NCBI RefSeq assembly: GCF_006345805.1
Contig: NW_021831712.1
Coordinates: 1 to 39,796, forward strand
From: Octopus sinensis
Taxonomy: Eukaryota
Direction: 5' to 3'
DNA length: 39,796 bases
In this document: in pieces, positions 22,648 to 36,643 of the stretch
How positions within the stretch are numbered: the stretch's first letter is position 1
Layout of the letters: the number at the start of each line of letters is the position of its first letter
Notes under the pieces: model-generated
What the model saw: the letters and a program-made list of their open reading frames with translations, nothing else
What the model was told of the DNA's origin: nothing
The model's database searches: none
Translations under genes and position numbers: made by a program

Positions 22648-22866
22648 TACGAGGGGTGCCGAATGTTTCTGGTTTTGGGTAAAAGAAAATAAAGAAGGAT
22701 CAGTTAGTCTTGATTTCATTCAACATGTATTCCTCTAGCAGATTCAAACACATATCGTAGCGGTCCCTCAGTTTTTTCTAATCCCTCTAAAAGTACTCGG
22801 AAAGTTGGGCATCCAACCAGCATTTTTGCAATACTCTCAAAGACGACCGTTAAGCATCCTCTCTTC
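22648..22866 (-). mobile_element. 3' terminal fragment of a second mariner family with TIR
   Basis: TA-CGAGGGGTGCCGAATGTTTCTGG end; the minus strand encodes a degenerate C-terminus (SEYFLEGLEK..RDRYDMCLNLLEEY). Confidence 0.65.
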
Positions 22867-23468
22867 TATGTGTATGTGTTTGTGTGTGTGCGTGTGATAT
22901 TGATTTGTGTATCTTTGAATAAACTGATATCTTTACAATTTCACCATTTTCTTCTTCTCATCCATATATATGTATTTATACACACATATATATATGTATG
23001 TGTACATATCTATACAAATATGTGTATACATATATATTGATATATATATATATATATATGTATGTATATACATATATATTTATATGTACACGTATATATA
23101 TATGTATCTATAATATATGTATACGTATAAATATTTATATATATGTATATGTATATATATTATATATATATGTATACGCATTTATATAATACATATATAT
23201 ATAAATGTGTGTGCTTATGTATGCATATATACACCAGCACATCCATACATACACACATACATACATGAATACATACATATATAAACACACACATAAATAC
23301 ACATACAAACATACGTAAGTTTCCTGCCGTCACGTGCTTTGTTCAGAGCTCTTACGTATTAATATTTTTCCTTCTATATTTCAACGGGTGATCATAACTT
23401 GAATACCAGTTATATACGGTTATTGACATCAAACTCCAACGCTGTTTGCGTGCATGTGTGTGTGATGG

Positions 23469-23514
<46 letters not shown>

Positions 23515-24227
23515 TGAGAAAGAGAGAGACTGAAAGAATTTGTATATGCATGGCCTTGTGCCTGTGTGAGGAACCGCTGTATATAATTTGTGGTGACGTC
23601 AGAATCCATCCCAGATAAAACGATTAGCAGCCGACTTTTGAACTTCATTGATTGGCCGACAATGAAACATTGTTTCTAACCGTTTAGTCAATGAAATTTC
23701 ATGCTAATTAACGATTTACGATATTGGATTTGCATAGGGAAGATAATGCGATAATCATATGATAGAACATATGTATGCATGGGGCCACACGCACAGACAC
23801 ACACACACACGTACGTATTTACATAAACTCACACACTCATATATGTTATGTATGCACAGATGAATGGATGGATGGATGCATGGATGGGTTTTTGTATGTA
23901 TTACACGGAACTCTGATTACTGAGAGTAACTTCTCATTTCAATAATTATTTATATTCTGGTTTTGTTTATGAGCATACATACGCATATAGAAAAATACAT
24001 AATCCAAACATACACATACACACACACTCACAATTCTAAATGTGGAGAAATATAGATTCCAATATATGAATACGTGTGCGTGAATAGACAGAATGAAAGA
24101 GCGAGCGAGAGAGAGAGAGAGGGGGATGGAGCAAGAGAGATGTAAGTAGGTATGGAGATAGATAGATAGATATACATCTATATTTGTACAAGTATGATAA
24201 TCAGCATACGTTATGTATTAAAAGCAT

Positions 24228-24280
<53 letters not shown>

Positions 24281-24409
24281 CTTTATTTAAAGCAGCAGAA
24301 AATTCAACAAAACCTGCTACTCTGAGTTTCTCGTTGACGTTCATCGGACAGTTTTCGCTATGTGTTTACTCGGTATATATATATATAATATATATATATA
24401 TAATATATA

Positions 24410-24451
<42 letters not shown>

Positions 24452-24603
24452 GCACACACAATATACAAATGTATTTATATGTACATATATGTATATCTAT
24501 CTATCTATATATATATACATACACACACACATATATATATATATATATAAACTCTCGCACAAATATTCAAATATATTTATATGTACATATATGTATATGT
24601 ATA

Positions 24604-24656
<53 letters not shown>

Positions 24657-25445
24657 GTCCATCTTACATTCTGTATATATACATAAATGCATACGTGCGT
24701 GAAAATGTATATATATATATATATATATACAACGGATACGCACACCACAGACATATTCATATGTAATATTTTCATATGTATACATACACACACATACATA
24801 AATACATACATACATATATTGATCTGTTTCCATCTAAAGCCATATCATTTTGTCAATCTCTCTCGGCTTCATCTGAGCTGAAAAGCTGAAAATTAAATCA
24901 AATTACAACCAAATATTTGAATATTTAGTAAACATAAACGCATTTACAAACAGACGTAGAGGCTACGCAACCATCCAGATGAAACTTGCCGATCTACTGA
25001 TACAGTTTGTAATTCTTCCATATATCAAACATCATCAGAACTTCTCTCACTCGCAGTCTCTGTGCGCGTGTACATATATATTATATATACATATATATAT
25101 ATATATTATATATATATTATATATATATATATATATTATATAATGTATGTATGTATGTATGTTGTATGTATGTATGTATGTATGCATGTATGTATATGTA
25201 TATATGTGTGCGTGCGTGTTTGTGTGTGTTGCATTGTCGATAATATCTAATCACGTGACATATTGATTAGGTCTGTTTATAAAGTTTTGCAAATATCAAA
25301 CGTAGATTATTAATAATGACTTTTATTTTTCTATAATTGGCCAGTATCATCATCACCATGCCCCCACAACCAACAACAACCTTCTCGCTCCCCTTCGTCC
25401 GCATCCTCCTTTTCTTCATCATCATCGTTATTAATTATTCTTATT

Positions 25446-25654
25446 AAGGCGGGGGAGCTGGCAGAATCGTTAGCATGCCGGACGAAATGCTTATGGGTAT
25501 GTCGTTCGTCGCTACGTTCTGAGTTGAAATCCCGCCGAGGTGGACTTTTTTCTTTGGGGCCGATAAATTAAGTACCAGTTGAATACTGGGGTCGATGTGA
25601 ACGACTGTCCACCTCCCTAGACAACCCAGGCCTTGCGTCTATAGTAGAAAGAAT
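25446..25654 (+). mobile_element. SINE family 2 with (ATT)n tail
   Basis: Same family; followed directly by (ATT)n. Confidence 0.88.
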
Positions 25655-25691
25655 TGTTATTATTATTTTTATTATTATTATTATTATTATT

Positions 25692-26205
25692 GAGTGAGAG
25701 AGCAGTTCATGCCATCAAAGTGACACTGGGGTAAAATATACGAAGCCCAATATACCCATCATGACTACCCGTCTGATAAAGGTCACCAGGCACATGCATC
25801 ACAACGATATGTGCGCGACATGGTGATCTCATATCAAGATAAACAACACATGACCTTGCAGGTGGGGCCCAGTTAGAATTTTCTTCAGGTTGAGTAGCCC
25901 ATCCTGCTCAAACGGTCCCTGAATAAGGGTTGCTTTAGGATGTTGAACGAACACCTATGTTTCCAGAGGTGAACCATTCAAACTCCAAAGAATCCCTCTC
26001 ACACATGGCCATGGCTCCCCCACTACTTCTGCTCGTGATCAGAGAGATGCAATATCGTCAGCCACTAAGGGACATGCTCAACTGGTTAAGGTCAAACAAC
26101 TGACAAGCAAACCGTGTATTGAGAAGAATATTTGCTGTAGCCCATCTTTTATACCAAGACAAACAATGTACCTGATAACACTTCCAGTCATTAAGATCAG
26201 AAGCG
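25692..26205 (-). mobile_element. Copy 2 of the TAA-flanked non-coding element, 5'-truncated by ~40 bp
   Basis: Same 3' junction (ctctcactc-AATAAT) as copy 1; differences are mostly 1-3 bp indels; (ATT)n on both sides. Confidence 0.8.
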
Positions 26206-26254
26206 ATTATTATATTATTATTATTATTATTATTATATTATTATTGTTGTTGTG

Positions 26255-26450
26255 AAGGCGGCAAGCTGGCAGATTCGTTAGCATGCTGGACGAAATACTT
26301 AGCGATGTTTTGTCTGCCGCGTCGTTCTTAGTTCAAATTCCTCCAAAGTCGACTTTGCCTTTCATCCTTTCGGGTTCGATAAAATAAGTACCAGTACACT
26401 GGGGTCGAACATCTCTCCCAAGCTGCCCTTGTAGCGAAACTTTGAAATAA
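26255..26450 (+). mobile_element. SINE family 2
   Basis: Same family; lies between ATT tracts. Confidence 0.88.
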
Positions 26451-26461
26451 TTATGACTATT

Positions 26462-26661
26462 AAAGGCAGCGAGCTGACAGAATGGTTAGCACGACAGGCA
26501 AAATGCTAACAGGCATTTCGTCCGTCTTTACGTTCTGAATTCATATTTCGCCGTAGTCGACTTTGTCTTTCATCCTTTCGGGGTCGATAAAATAAGTACC
26601 AGTTGAGAACTGGGGTCGATCTAATCGACTTAATCCCTTCCCTCTAATTTCAGTAGAAACG
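26462..26661 (+). mobile_element. SINE family 2 (tandem copy)
   Basis: Same family; followed by a short ATT tract. Confidence 0.88.
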
Positions 26662-26683
26662 ATTGTTATGATTATTATTATTT

Positions 26684-26968
26684 TGGTTTGGCTCAGATTT
26701 CGTCTTATTCCTGGCAGGAATTATGTGGATTACGGGTCACTACCTGTAACCTTAGGTTTCCACAGGTTTTCAGCTGGCTTTTAAGTGCTTAGGACCCTCC
26801 TGATAATCCTTGCTGCCTCTAAGAGACAAACTTTCTTCTGTAGGAGCTCTACCGGGCATTCTATTCTAATCTCCTCAGCCATTTATCTGTATCTTTGCTT
26901 ACAGTTACCAATGCACCCAATATCATAGGCACGATCTTTAACTGCTCGCATGCTCCAAATTCTTTCTA
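26684..26968 (-). mobile_element. 3' fragment of an R4/Dong-clade element
   Basis: With small frameshifts: ERIWSMRAV-KIVPMILGALVTVSKDTDKWL..ELLQK-VCLLEAARIIRRVLST*; 5' end abuts the giant (ATT)n array and 3' end runs into TAA repeats. Confidence 0.85.
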
Positions 26969-29101
<2,133 letters not shown>

Positions 29102-29707
29102 TCTATGTTTGACTTTTGCTTTATATTTGTACAAGTTGGCTCCAAGTCTCACCCAGAGACCTCAAGAGACAACAGGGTTGGAAGTTCATGTTGTTGTTAT
29201 GCCTAGTGTGCCATATATTTGGGGGGTGGGGATGTTGTACTAATGAATGTCTAAAAAAAAAAAAAAAATTTTTTTTTTTTTTTTTTTTTTAAACCGAAAA
29301 TTATGGTTGTTTTAAACCTTGAGGTTACATAGAGGAGTATTTTGCGTAGGATATGAGCAGTTCCCATGAGCACTATCTTTTGAACTTCTGCCATTTTTGG
29401 GTTTCCTGGTATCTGAGTTAGGTAGCTATCAGCCCCTTTTGCTATCATTCCAGGGCACCTATGACAACAGGTATTGTTTTAGTCTTCAGCTTCCACATTT
29501 TGCTGATTTCTATTTCAAGATCTTTATATTTGCTCAGTTTTTGGTAGGTCCTGACAGATACGTTTATATCGATTGGGACAGTCATATCAATGAGGAGGAC
29601 ATGTTCTTTGTTTGAAGTCTTTCAATATGATGTCTGGCCTATTTGCATCTATCTTCCTGTCAGTTGAATGGTGAAGTTCCAGAGGAGTGAGATGTGGTTC
29701 ATTTTCA

Positions 29708-29708
<1 letters not shown>
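29102..29708 (-). mobile_element. 3' fragment of an R4/Dong-clade element (endonuclease C-terminus + 3' UTR)
   Basis: DRKIDANRPDII..LIDMTVP..KLSKYKDLEIEISKMW..VPVVIGALGMI-type text..QKIVLMGTAHILRKIL; (ATT)n on both sides on the plus strand. Confidence 0.92.
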
Positions 29709-29781
<73 letters not shown>

Positions 29782-29828
29782 CATCATTATCATTATCATT
29801 ATCGTTATTATTATTATTATTATTTATT

Positions 29829-30007
29829 GTCTTTGCGTAGCTTCTAATGCTGGAGATGTACTACGGTGCGAGATGTGCACTACCAGTGAACTAAGGCAAC
29901 ACTTCTTATTTTTCGAGCACTATCCAGAGTCTTCGAGCGGTTCCAAGCATTGCTGTTTTCTGAAAGTGCTACACCCTTATTGCAGCCCCTATTTGTTCCA
30001 TATACAT
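29829..30007 (-). mobile_element. Short 3' fragment of an R4/Dong-clade element
   Basis: YMEQIGAAIRV*HFQKTAMLGTARRLWIVLEK*, short 3' UTR, then (TAA)n; same subfamily as the fragment near 10200-10436. Confidence 0.85.
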
Positions 30008-30016
30008 AATGAAGAT

Positions 30017-30051
30017 TTAATAATAAAATAATAATAATAATAATAATAATA

Positions 30052-30098
<47 letters not shown>

Positions 30099-30117
30099 TA
30101 ATAATAATAATAATAAT
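30017..30117. repeat. (AAT)n tract in opposite polarity to the neighbouring (ATT)n tracts
   Basis: Directly visible. Confidence 0.95.
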
Positions 30118-30433
30118 GTTAGGTATTATGACTTCTCTTTTGTATTTGTCAGCTTCCTTAAAGACTGAAAACAATGTTTTGTTTTGTTAGTGTTTTGCGA
30201 CTATTTGTATTAGTTATCCTTGCTTCTGAAGTAGGTATTTTTGTAGTCCGAAGGTGTTTTTATTTTGTAATAGTTTTTCTAGCTGTAAAAGGCCCGTACC
30301 ACCTTCTATATGTTTTATATATAACCTATGTCAGATTTGGGTGGTGCATCCTAAATCTTGTAATTATTTTTCTTGTTTTCCAAGCAGAAAAGGAGTGGAG
30401 AGAGAGTGTCTTCCTGAGATATTCCTCTTCTAA
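30118..30433 (-). mobile_element. Inverted duplicate of 34465-34779 (R4/Dong fragment)
   Basis: Reverse complement matches 34465-34779 with about 5 substitutions and 2 one-base indels counted by eye, and has the same internal deletion junction. Confidence 0.93.
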
Positions 30434-30443
30434 TTATTATTAT

Positions 30444-30476
<33 letters not shown>

Positions 30477-30528
30477 ATTAATTATTATATTATTATTATT
30501 ATATTATTATCATCATTATTATTATTAT

Positions 30529-33500
30529 GTATCATTGTCATTTACTTTTAAACTGCATGTTTGATGCAATCACCTGCCGGGGCACACCCAGCGCCCAAGG
30601 GCAAGTGAAGGTTAAGAGTTGTTGAAATATAGCTGAAAGCTTGGGGAGGGGAAGTAGAGATATATCTCCATGTAATGCAAACACAAACATTTACATTGAT
30701 AGGATTTTTCTAAGGATGTGGGCAGTACTTGTTAGCACAATCTTTTGGATTTCCTTGAGATATGGTTTTCCAGTCTAGGTGTTTCTGACATCCCTTTTTT
30801 ATCATACCTAGGGCACCTACAATAACAGGAACAGTTTTTGTTTTAAGATTCCACATCCTCTGTATTTCGATTTCCAGGTCCTTATATTTACTAAGTTTGT
30901 CAAATTCCTTGACAGATACATTTTTATCAGTGGGGACGCTTACTTCTATTAGTCTGCAGGTATTTTCTTCCCTGTCTTTAACAATTATGCTGGTCGATAG
31001 CCTTGATCGTTCTGTCAGTGTTGACTGGAAAATCCCAGAGGATGGTGACATCTTTACCTTCAACAACTGGCTGAGGATGGTGTTCATACCAGTTAGCAAG
31101 AGTGTCGGATTTGTAGTGTTTACATATCTTCCAATGTATATACTGTCCTACCCTATCGTGGCGATTTTTGTATTCGTTTGGTGTCAGCACAGGACATCCC
31201 GAAACGAGATGGTCTATCGTTTCGTCAAATGTGTCGCAGAATCTGCATTTAGGGTCAGTACCGTTTCGGAGAACGTTAGCCTGGTAATTTCTGGTAAACA
31301 AGCTTTGATCTTGTGCTGCCATTATGAAACCTTCAGTCTCTGCTTTCAATCCAGAGCTCTTCAGCCACTGATGGGTTGTTGCTTGGTCTACATCAGCATT
31401 TTGGCTTCGGAGAATATATTGTCCATACAGGGGCTTCGGCTCCACCGCCTCTCAATTTGATTCTGCCCGTTCTTTTTTGCAGTCTGCTTGATTCGCTTTG
31501 CTTGCTTGGTAGCAGTGGTTTCCGCTCTTCATCTGTTCAAGGTTAATGTCTAGTTCCCTTTCGAACTTATAAGCTTCCTTGACAATAGAATGTAGCTTTT
31601 TGCTGCTTTCGTGTTCGTACACAAGTCGCAGCATCCAGTCCTTTGTACTAGATAGGTACCTGTTCATTCCTACAGTAGAGGTCTTATAGCACAGCTCTAA
31701 TTGCATCATTCCTCTCCCCCCGCTGCTTCTAGGTAGGTACAAGCGGTCTACATCTGCCTTAGGGTGGTGCATGCTCTTGGATGTCAGTAACTTTCTTGTC
31801 TTCCTGTCCAAGCGTTGGAGTTCCGTAAGGTTCCAGTTAATGATGTTAAAACTGTACTGGACTACTGGAAGTGCCAGGGTGTTAATGGCCTCAATGCAAT
31901 TTTTGGAGTTGAGTTCAGTCTTCAGTACAAGCCTTATTCTCCTATAGTATTCCTTTCTTATTTTTTCCTTCATAGTAGCATGATGTATACCATCTCCTTC
32001 GTTGATTCCTAGGTATTTGTAACTTGATGGTAGTGTCAATATCTAATTTAACAGAAGCTGTTTGCCTGAGCTTGCCTCTTACAAAAGTTGCTTTAGCACA
32101 CTTATCAAGGCCAAAATCCATTCCGATATCATTGCTAAACTCTTTAACAGTTGTTAGCAGCCCTTCTAGCTCTTGGTCATTCCTGGCAAACAGCTTTAGG
32201 TCGTCCATATAGAAAAGGTGGTTTATTAACTTACTAAAAACTTTGTACCCATATCTGGTACTATCCATTCGTTTGAGAGTGGGATCAGTGCCATGCAAAA
32301 AAGTAATGGAGAGAGGGAGTCACCTTGAAAGATGCCTCGTTTGATGTTGATGCTGTTGGACTGGCTCATCCCATTACTATGGCTTAGAAAGAGACGTGTG
32401 TTCCACATGGTCATGCTATTCTCTAAGAATTTTGAGACGACAGGAGAGATCTTGTATATCTCAAGGGCCTTGAGTATCCATTTATGTGGGACACTGTCAT
32501 ACGCTTTCCTGTAGTCTATCCATGCCATACTCAGGTTTTTGTTTTTGCTCCGGCAATTCTCTACAATCATTCTGTTTATGAGCAATTGGTCTTTGCACCC
32601 ATAAGAGTTTCTTTTACAACCTTTTTGAGCTTGTGGAAGGATAGAATTTTGTTCAAGGAAAGCGTACATTCTCTCCGTTATTATGGATGTGAGGATTTTG
32701 TAGGTGGTGTTGAGACATGTTATTGGCCGGTAATTCTTTGGGTTTTTGTGTCTTCGGTTTTAGGTAATAGGTAGGTGGTTCCTTCAGTCAGCCAAGCAGG
32801 TATTTGCTCTGGGTTCTGAATGACATCAGACAGAGATGCAGCGAGATGTTCGTGTACTTCTGTCAAACAATTCAGCCAGAAGTTAGGGATCCGATCCAGT
32901 CCTGGGGTTTTCCATTTATGAGCCTTCCTAAGGACACACCTTAGCTCCTCTATTCCTATTGCTTCCCCCATTTCTGTTCTTCAAGTTCATCCAGTCTCTC
33001 TTTCTCACGTTCTATCCAGTCAGCCTCAGCATTAAACTCTTTTTCGTTGCTCCATACCTTCTTCCAGAACTCCTCCACTTCCTCAATCTTAGGTGGATCT
33101 TCTATGTGTATTTTATTTTTGCCAATTTCCCTATAAAATTTCTTTGCATCTGTCTTAAAAAATTTATTTTGTCGATAAAATTTGTTTTCTTTTGTCATAC
33201 CTTCTAAGCCGTTGAGCTTTCAACTGTATCCGTTGTTGCAACAGTTCCTTAGTTACGGGAGGTTTATGAGATCTTTGATTTTTATTTTTTGCTTGATTTT
33301 TCTAGCTTTTCTCGGCTTAATATTCACTCCTCTAGCAAGCTCATCGAGAATTGAAACATCCGCCCGCAGAGATTCAATCTCTTTTTGTATCGCTACTTTC
33401 CACTTAGGAGGTTCATTGACATGCCTGGCCTTTTTCTTTGTCATCTTAATACCTAGTTGGGTAGTTACTACTTTAGCAGTGGAATAAATGAGATTATTTA

Positions 33501-34161
33501 AGGTTGTCAATCATTCCCCTTATTTCTTAAGATCTGTCCTAGGGCAACGTTATATGTCATGATTGTGTTGTTATTTCTTGTGCCATTTGAAAACTTTGGT
33601 AGTGGTTCTCTATTAACCATGTCAGTGAGCTCAATCTTGCCGAGCTCTTCATAATGTCCACTTTTGCTTCCATAATCTTTTCTCTATTATTCCACCAAAT
33701 TCTATGTCATATCTATTTTGGTTTTCTTGAGGAAGGTCTACGTTCTCCTCTTTTTTCAAATCTCTCGTCTTCGCTATTCTTTGTTTAACTTCCCCATTGG
33801 GAAGTTGATTTGCCGCTTGTACACTGGCTTCTGTGCTACTGTTACCTATTTCGTCTACATTGTTGCTGTTTTCTTTTGGTCTACCATGAGCTATTAGTGT
33901 CCTAATTTTGTCAATTTCAGTGTCAGTTAGTCTTTTGTTTTTAATTATATCTCTGCGTATATTACTTAATTTATTTGCGTCTATATATCTACGTACGTCA
34001 TTGCCTACTGAATTTCTCCATGAGATGTATGTTTGTACACTGAGGTTATTGTTTGGGTTTAGTTGGGCTGTATAAAAAGCTTTCAGCACATCTCTATAGT
34101 CCTCTCTGGTCCATTTTATACGTTTTGCTTTAGGTGGTGTTTTTGGTGGTGTCACTACAAG
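30529..34161 (-). mobile_element. Near-full-length R4/Dong-clade non-LTR retrotransposon (RT + CCHC knuckle + restriction-like endonuclease); 5' UTR and start codon missing; ORF broken by about 8-10 small frameshifts
   Basis: Consecutive minus-strand ORF pieces give: N-terminal KWTREDY..W..KLSNIRRDII; RT motifs QKGCKRNSYGCKDQLL, AWIDYRKAYDSVPH, RGIFQGDSLSPLLF, YMDD, GMDFGLDKC, YKYLGI; CRFC..ETIDHLVSGC knuckle; RHD; WDFPVNTDR..IEVSVP..KLSKYKDL endonuclease. Stop at 30691-30693 (HILRKILSM*), ~160-bp 3' UTR, (TAA)n on both sides. Confidence 0.95.
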
Positions 34162-34210
34162 TTATTATTATTATTATTATCATCATTATTATCATTATTA
34201 TTATTATTAT

Positions 34211-34371
34211 TACTATTTTTTTTTCTTTTTCAAATTTGCTTCCATTTCTTGCCGAGTGTCTTCCCGACCCCTAGGACAAAGAACCCAATGTATACTATGA
34301 GTTTCTTTGCCCTAGGGGTCGGGAAGGACACTCGGCAAGAAATGGAAGCAAATTTGAAAGAAGAAAAAAAA

Positions 34372-34377
<6 letters not shown>
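34211..34377. repeat. Near-perfect palindrome (arms ~82-85 bp, centre GTA|TAC at 34292/34293); each arm resembles an R4/Dong 3' end running into (TAA)n
   Basis: caaatttgcttccatttcttgccgagtgtc... versus ...gacactcggcaagaaatggaagcaaatttg; both arms lead outward into TAA repeats. Confidence 0.9.
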
Positions 34378-34408
<31 letters not shown>

Positions 34409-34410
34409 TG

Positions 34411-34464
<54 letters not shown>

Positions 34465-34466
<2 letters not shown>

Positions 34467-35706
34467 TAGAAGAGGAATATCTCAGGAAGACACTCTCTCT
34501 CCACTCCTTTTCTGCTTGGAAAACAAGAAAAATAATTACAAGATTTAGGATGCACCACCCAAATCTGACATAGGTTATATATACAACATATAGAAGGTGG
34601 TACAGGCCTTTTACAGCTAGAAAACTATTACAAAATAAAACACCTTCGGACTACAAAAATACCTACTTCAGAAGCAAGGATAACTAAAACAAATAGTCGC
34701 AAAACACTAACAAAACAAAACATTGTTTTCAGTCTTTAAGGAAGCTGACAAATACAAAAGAGAAGTCATAGTATCTAACAACTATGAAGAAAAAGAAGAA
34801 ACAACAAAAGCTGTAAAACAACTGAAATACAAACTAAAACCGAAAGAGCAACGGATCGTGATAACACTGTGGCAAGCAAAGCCCCTTTATGGCAAATACT
34901 GGGTTAAACTAAACGCAAAAGAAATACACAAAGCAAAATCCCAACAAGGGCCGAGAAGCTCAGGACTCAAAGCAGAGAATAAAGGATTTTTAATTGCAGC
35001 ACAAGACCAAAGCCTCTCTACCAGAAATTACCAAAACCATTTAATGAAAAGAAATACAATATATGGGGTGGGACAAGAAGCAATAAATCATATTGTCTGG
35101 CTGTCTAGTCCTGGCTAAGAAGGAATATATTCACAGATACGACAGAGTTGGGATCTACATACACTGGAATCTATGCCAAGACTATGGAATAACAACAGAA
35201 AACAGATGGTATAGGCACACACCAGAAAAGATCACAAAAAAATGAGAAAGCAACCATACTATGGGATATGCCAATACACACAGATAGAGAAATTAAGGCC
35301 AATAGACCAGATATAGCTGTCCGAGATCATCAAGAAAATTGCTTTCTAATTGATGTATCAATACCAAACGATGACAATGTTTCTCTAAAAGTAATGGAGA
35401 AACTTTCAAAATACAAAGATAACTCGAATGTGGAACCTAAAAGCAGAAACAGTTTCTATTATAATAGGCGCATTACGTATGACAAAAATATATTCAGACA
35501 AATACATAACAGAAACACCAGGACTAACAAAAATATATAATATACAGAAAATAGTATTACTAGGCACCGCACACATACTAAGTAAAACACTTTCAATACA
35601 ATAACAATAAGAGGACCAACAATAAACCACAGCACGTACCCAAGTTACACAGAGCTGCGCTCGGTAATGCAGTGAAAACACGTGATAAAAATAAGACTAC
35701 TGAATG
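34465..35706 (+). mobile_element. 5'-truncated, internally deleted R4/Dong-clade copy of another subfamily
   Basis: Starts RRGISQEDTLSPLLFCL and jumps to the HHPKSD region; then SSGLKAENKGFLIAAQDQSL, DREIKANRPDI..LIDVSIP..KLSKYKD, LLGTAHILSKTLSIQ*; preceded and followed by (AAT)n. Confidence 0.92.
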
Positions 35707-35754
35707 ATAATAATAATAACAATAATGGTTTAAAATTTTGGCACAAAGCTATCA

Positions 35755-35880
35755 ATTCCGAGGAAGGAGTTAAGTTGATCACATGGATACTAGTGTTTAA
35801 CTGGTACTTATTTTATCGACCCCGTAAAGGATGAAAGGCAACGTCGACCACGGTGGTATTTAAACTCAGAATGTAGAAGT
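35755..35880 (-). mobile_element. SINE family 2 fragment
   Basis: actggtacttattttatcgacccc..ggatgaaaggcaacgtcgacc is the reverse complement of the family body. Confidence 0.8.
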
Positions 35881-35982
35881 GAAACTGGATCAGAGTATGT
35901 GATTATTATTGGCATAATGACCCTCCCGTAATTCAACAAAAGGTTTTTCAAACCTTATCCAATAATTAGTATTATACTCCAT

Positions 35983-36135
35983 AGTGACCGGTAATAAAGT
36001 CACAATTTTGGCTAGGAAGAAAATTTACAGGAAAAAAAGTCACAATTAATTTATGGGATCCGGACAAAACCCCCTAGGAGAAACCCCCTGGATAAAACTC
36101 CACCCCAGATAAAACTCCACTCCGAACAAAACCCT
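35983..36135 (+). repeat. Short degenerate tandem motifs (AAAGTCACAA x2; GGA(C/T)AAAAC(C/T)CC x5), possibly DNA-transposon subterminal arrays
   Basis: The repeats are directly visible; the transposon origin is inference. Confidence 0.5.
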
Positions 36136-36605
36136 ACCGTGGCGTTTTTTTCTTGTGACATTTAGTGTACCTGGATTCTAGTCCATGTGCCAGCTGCACT
36201 TCCAAAAGAGGCACAGAATTGGTTCCGATTGGCTTATTCCCCGAAGGAGAACGTAATCCATGACTGATGTCATTTCTAAACTTGGAATTGAGAAAAGGCT
36301 GCACTTAAATACCGAAAGAATTCACGATAAAGCGCGAAGGATATTTGCCATTTCGTCCATTTTCTGTAATGGCAAATTTGAACGCCTCGCTGTAGAAAAT
36401 ATATGTTTGTGTGTGTGTGTGTGTGTGTGTATGTGTGTGCATGTGAGTGTGTGCCTGTGCATGCATGTATCATGTTGTATACCTGTTTGTATGTGTGCAT
36501 ATGCATACTTATATGTTATATGTATTATATTTAAGTTATAACTGTATATGTATATATATATACATTCATGTATGTATATACATATATATGTTATATATAC
36601 ATGCC

Positions 36606-36643
<38 letters not shown>

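Noticed and set aside
29250-29292. Poly(A) directly followed by poly(T)
   Set aside because: Lies inside an R4 3' UTR; a homopolymer expansion or length error rather than a retrocopy tail.
30897-31460. Plus-strand ORFs of 187 aa and others across the R4 element
   Set aside because: Antisense shadows of the retrotransposon ORF.
36050-36135. CRISPR-like array
   Set aside because: Eukaryotic context; contiguous degenerate units with no unique spacers.
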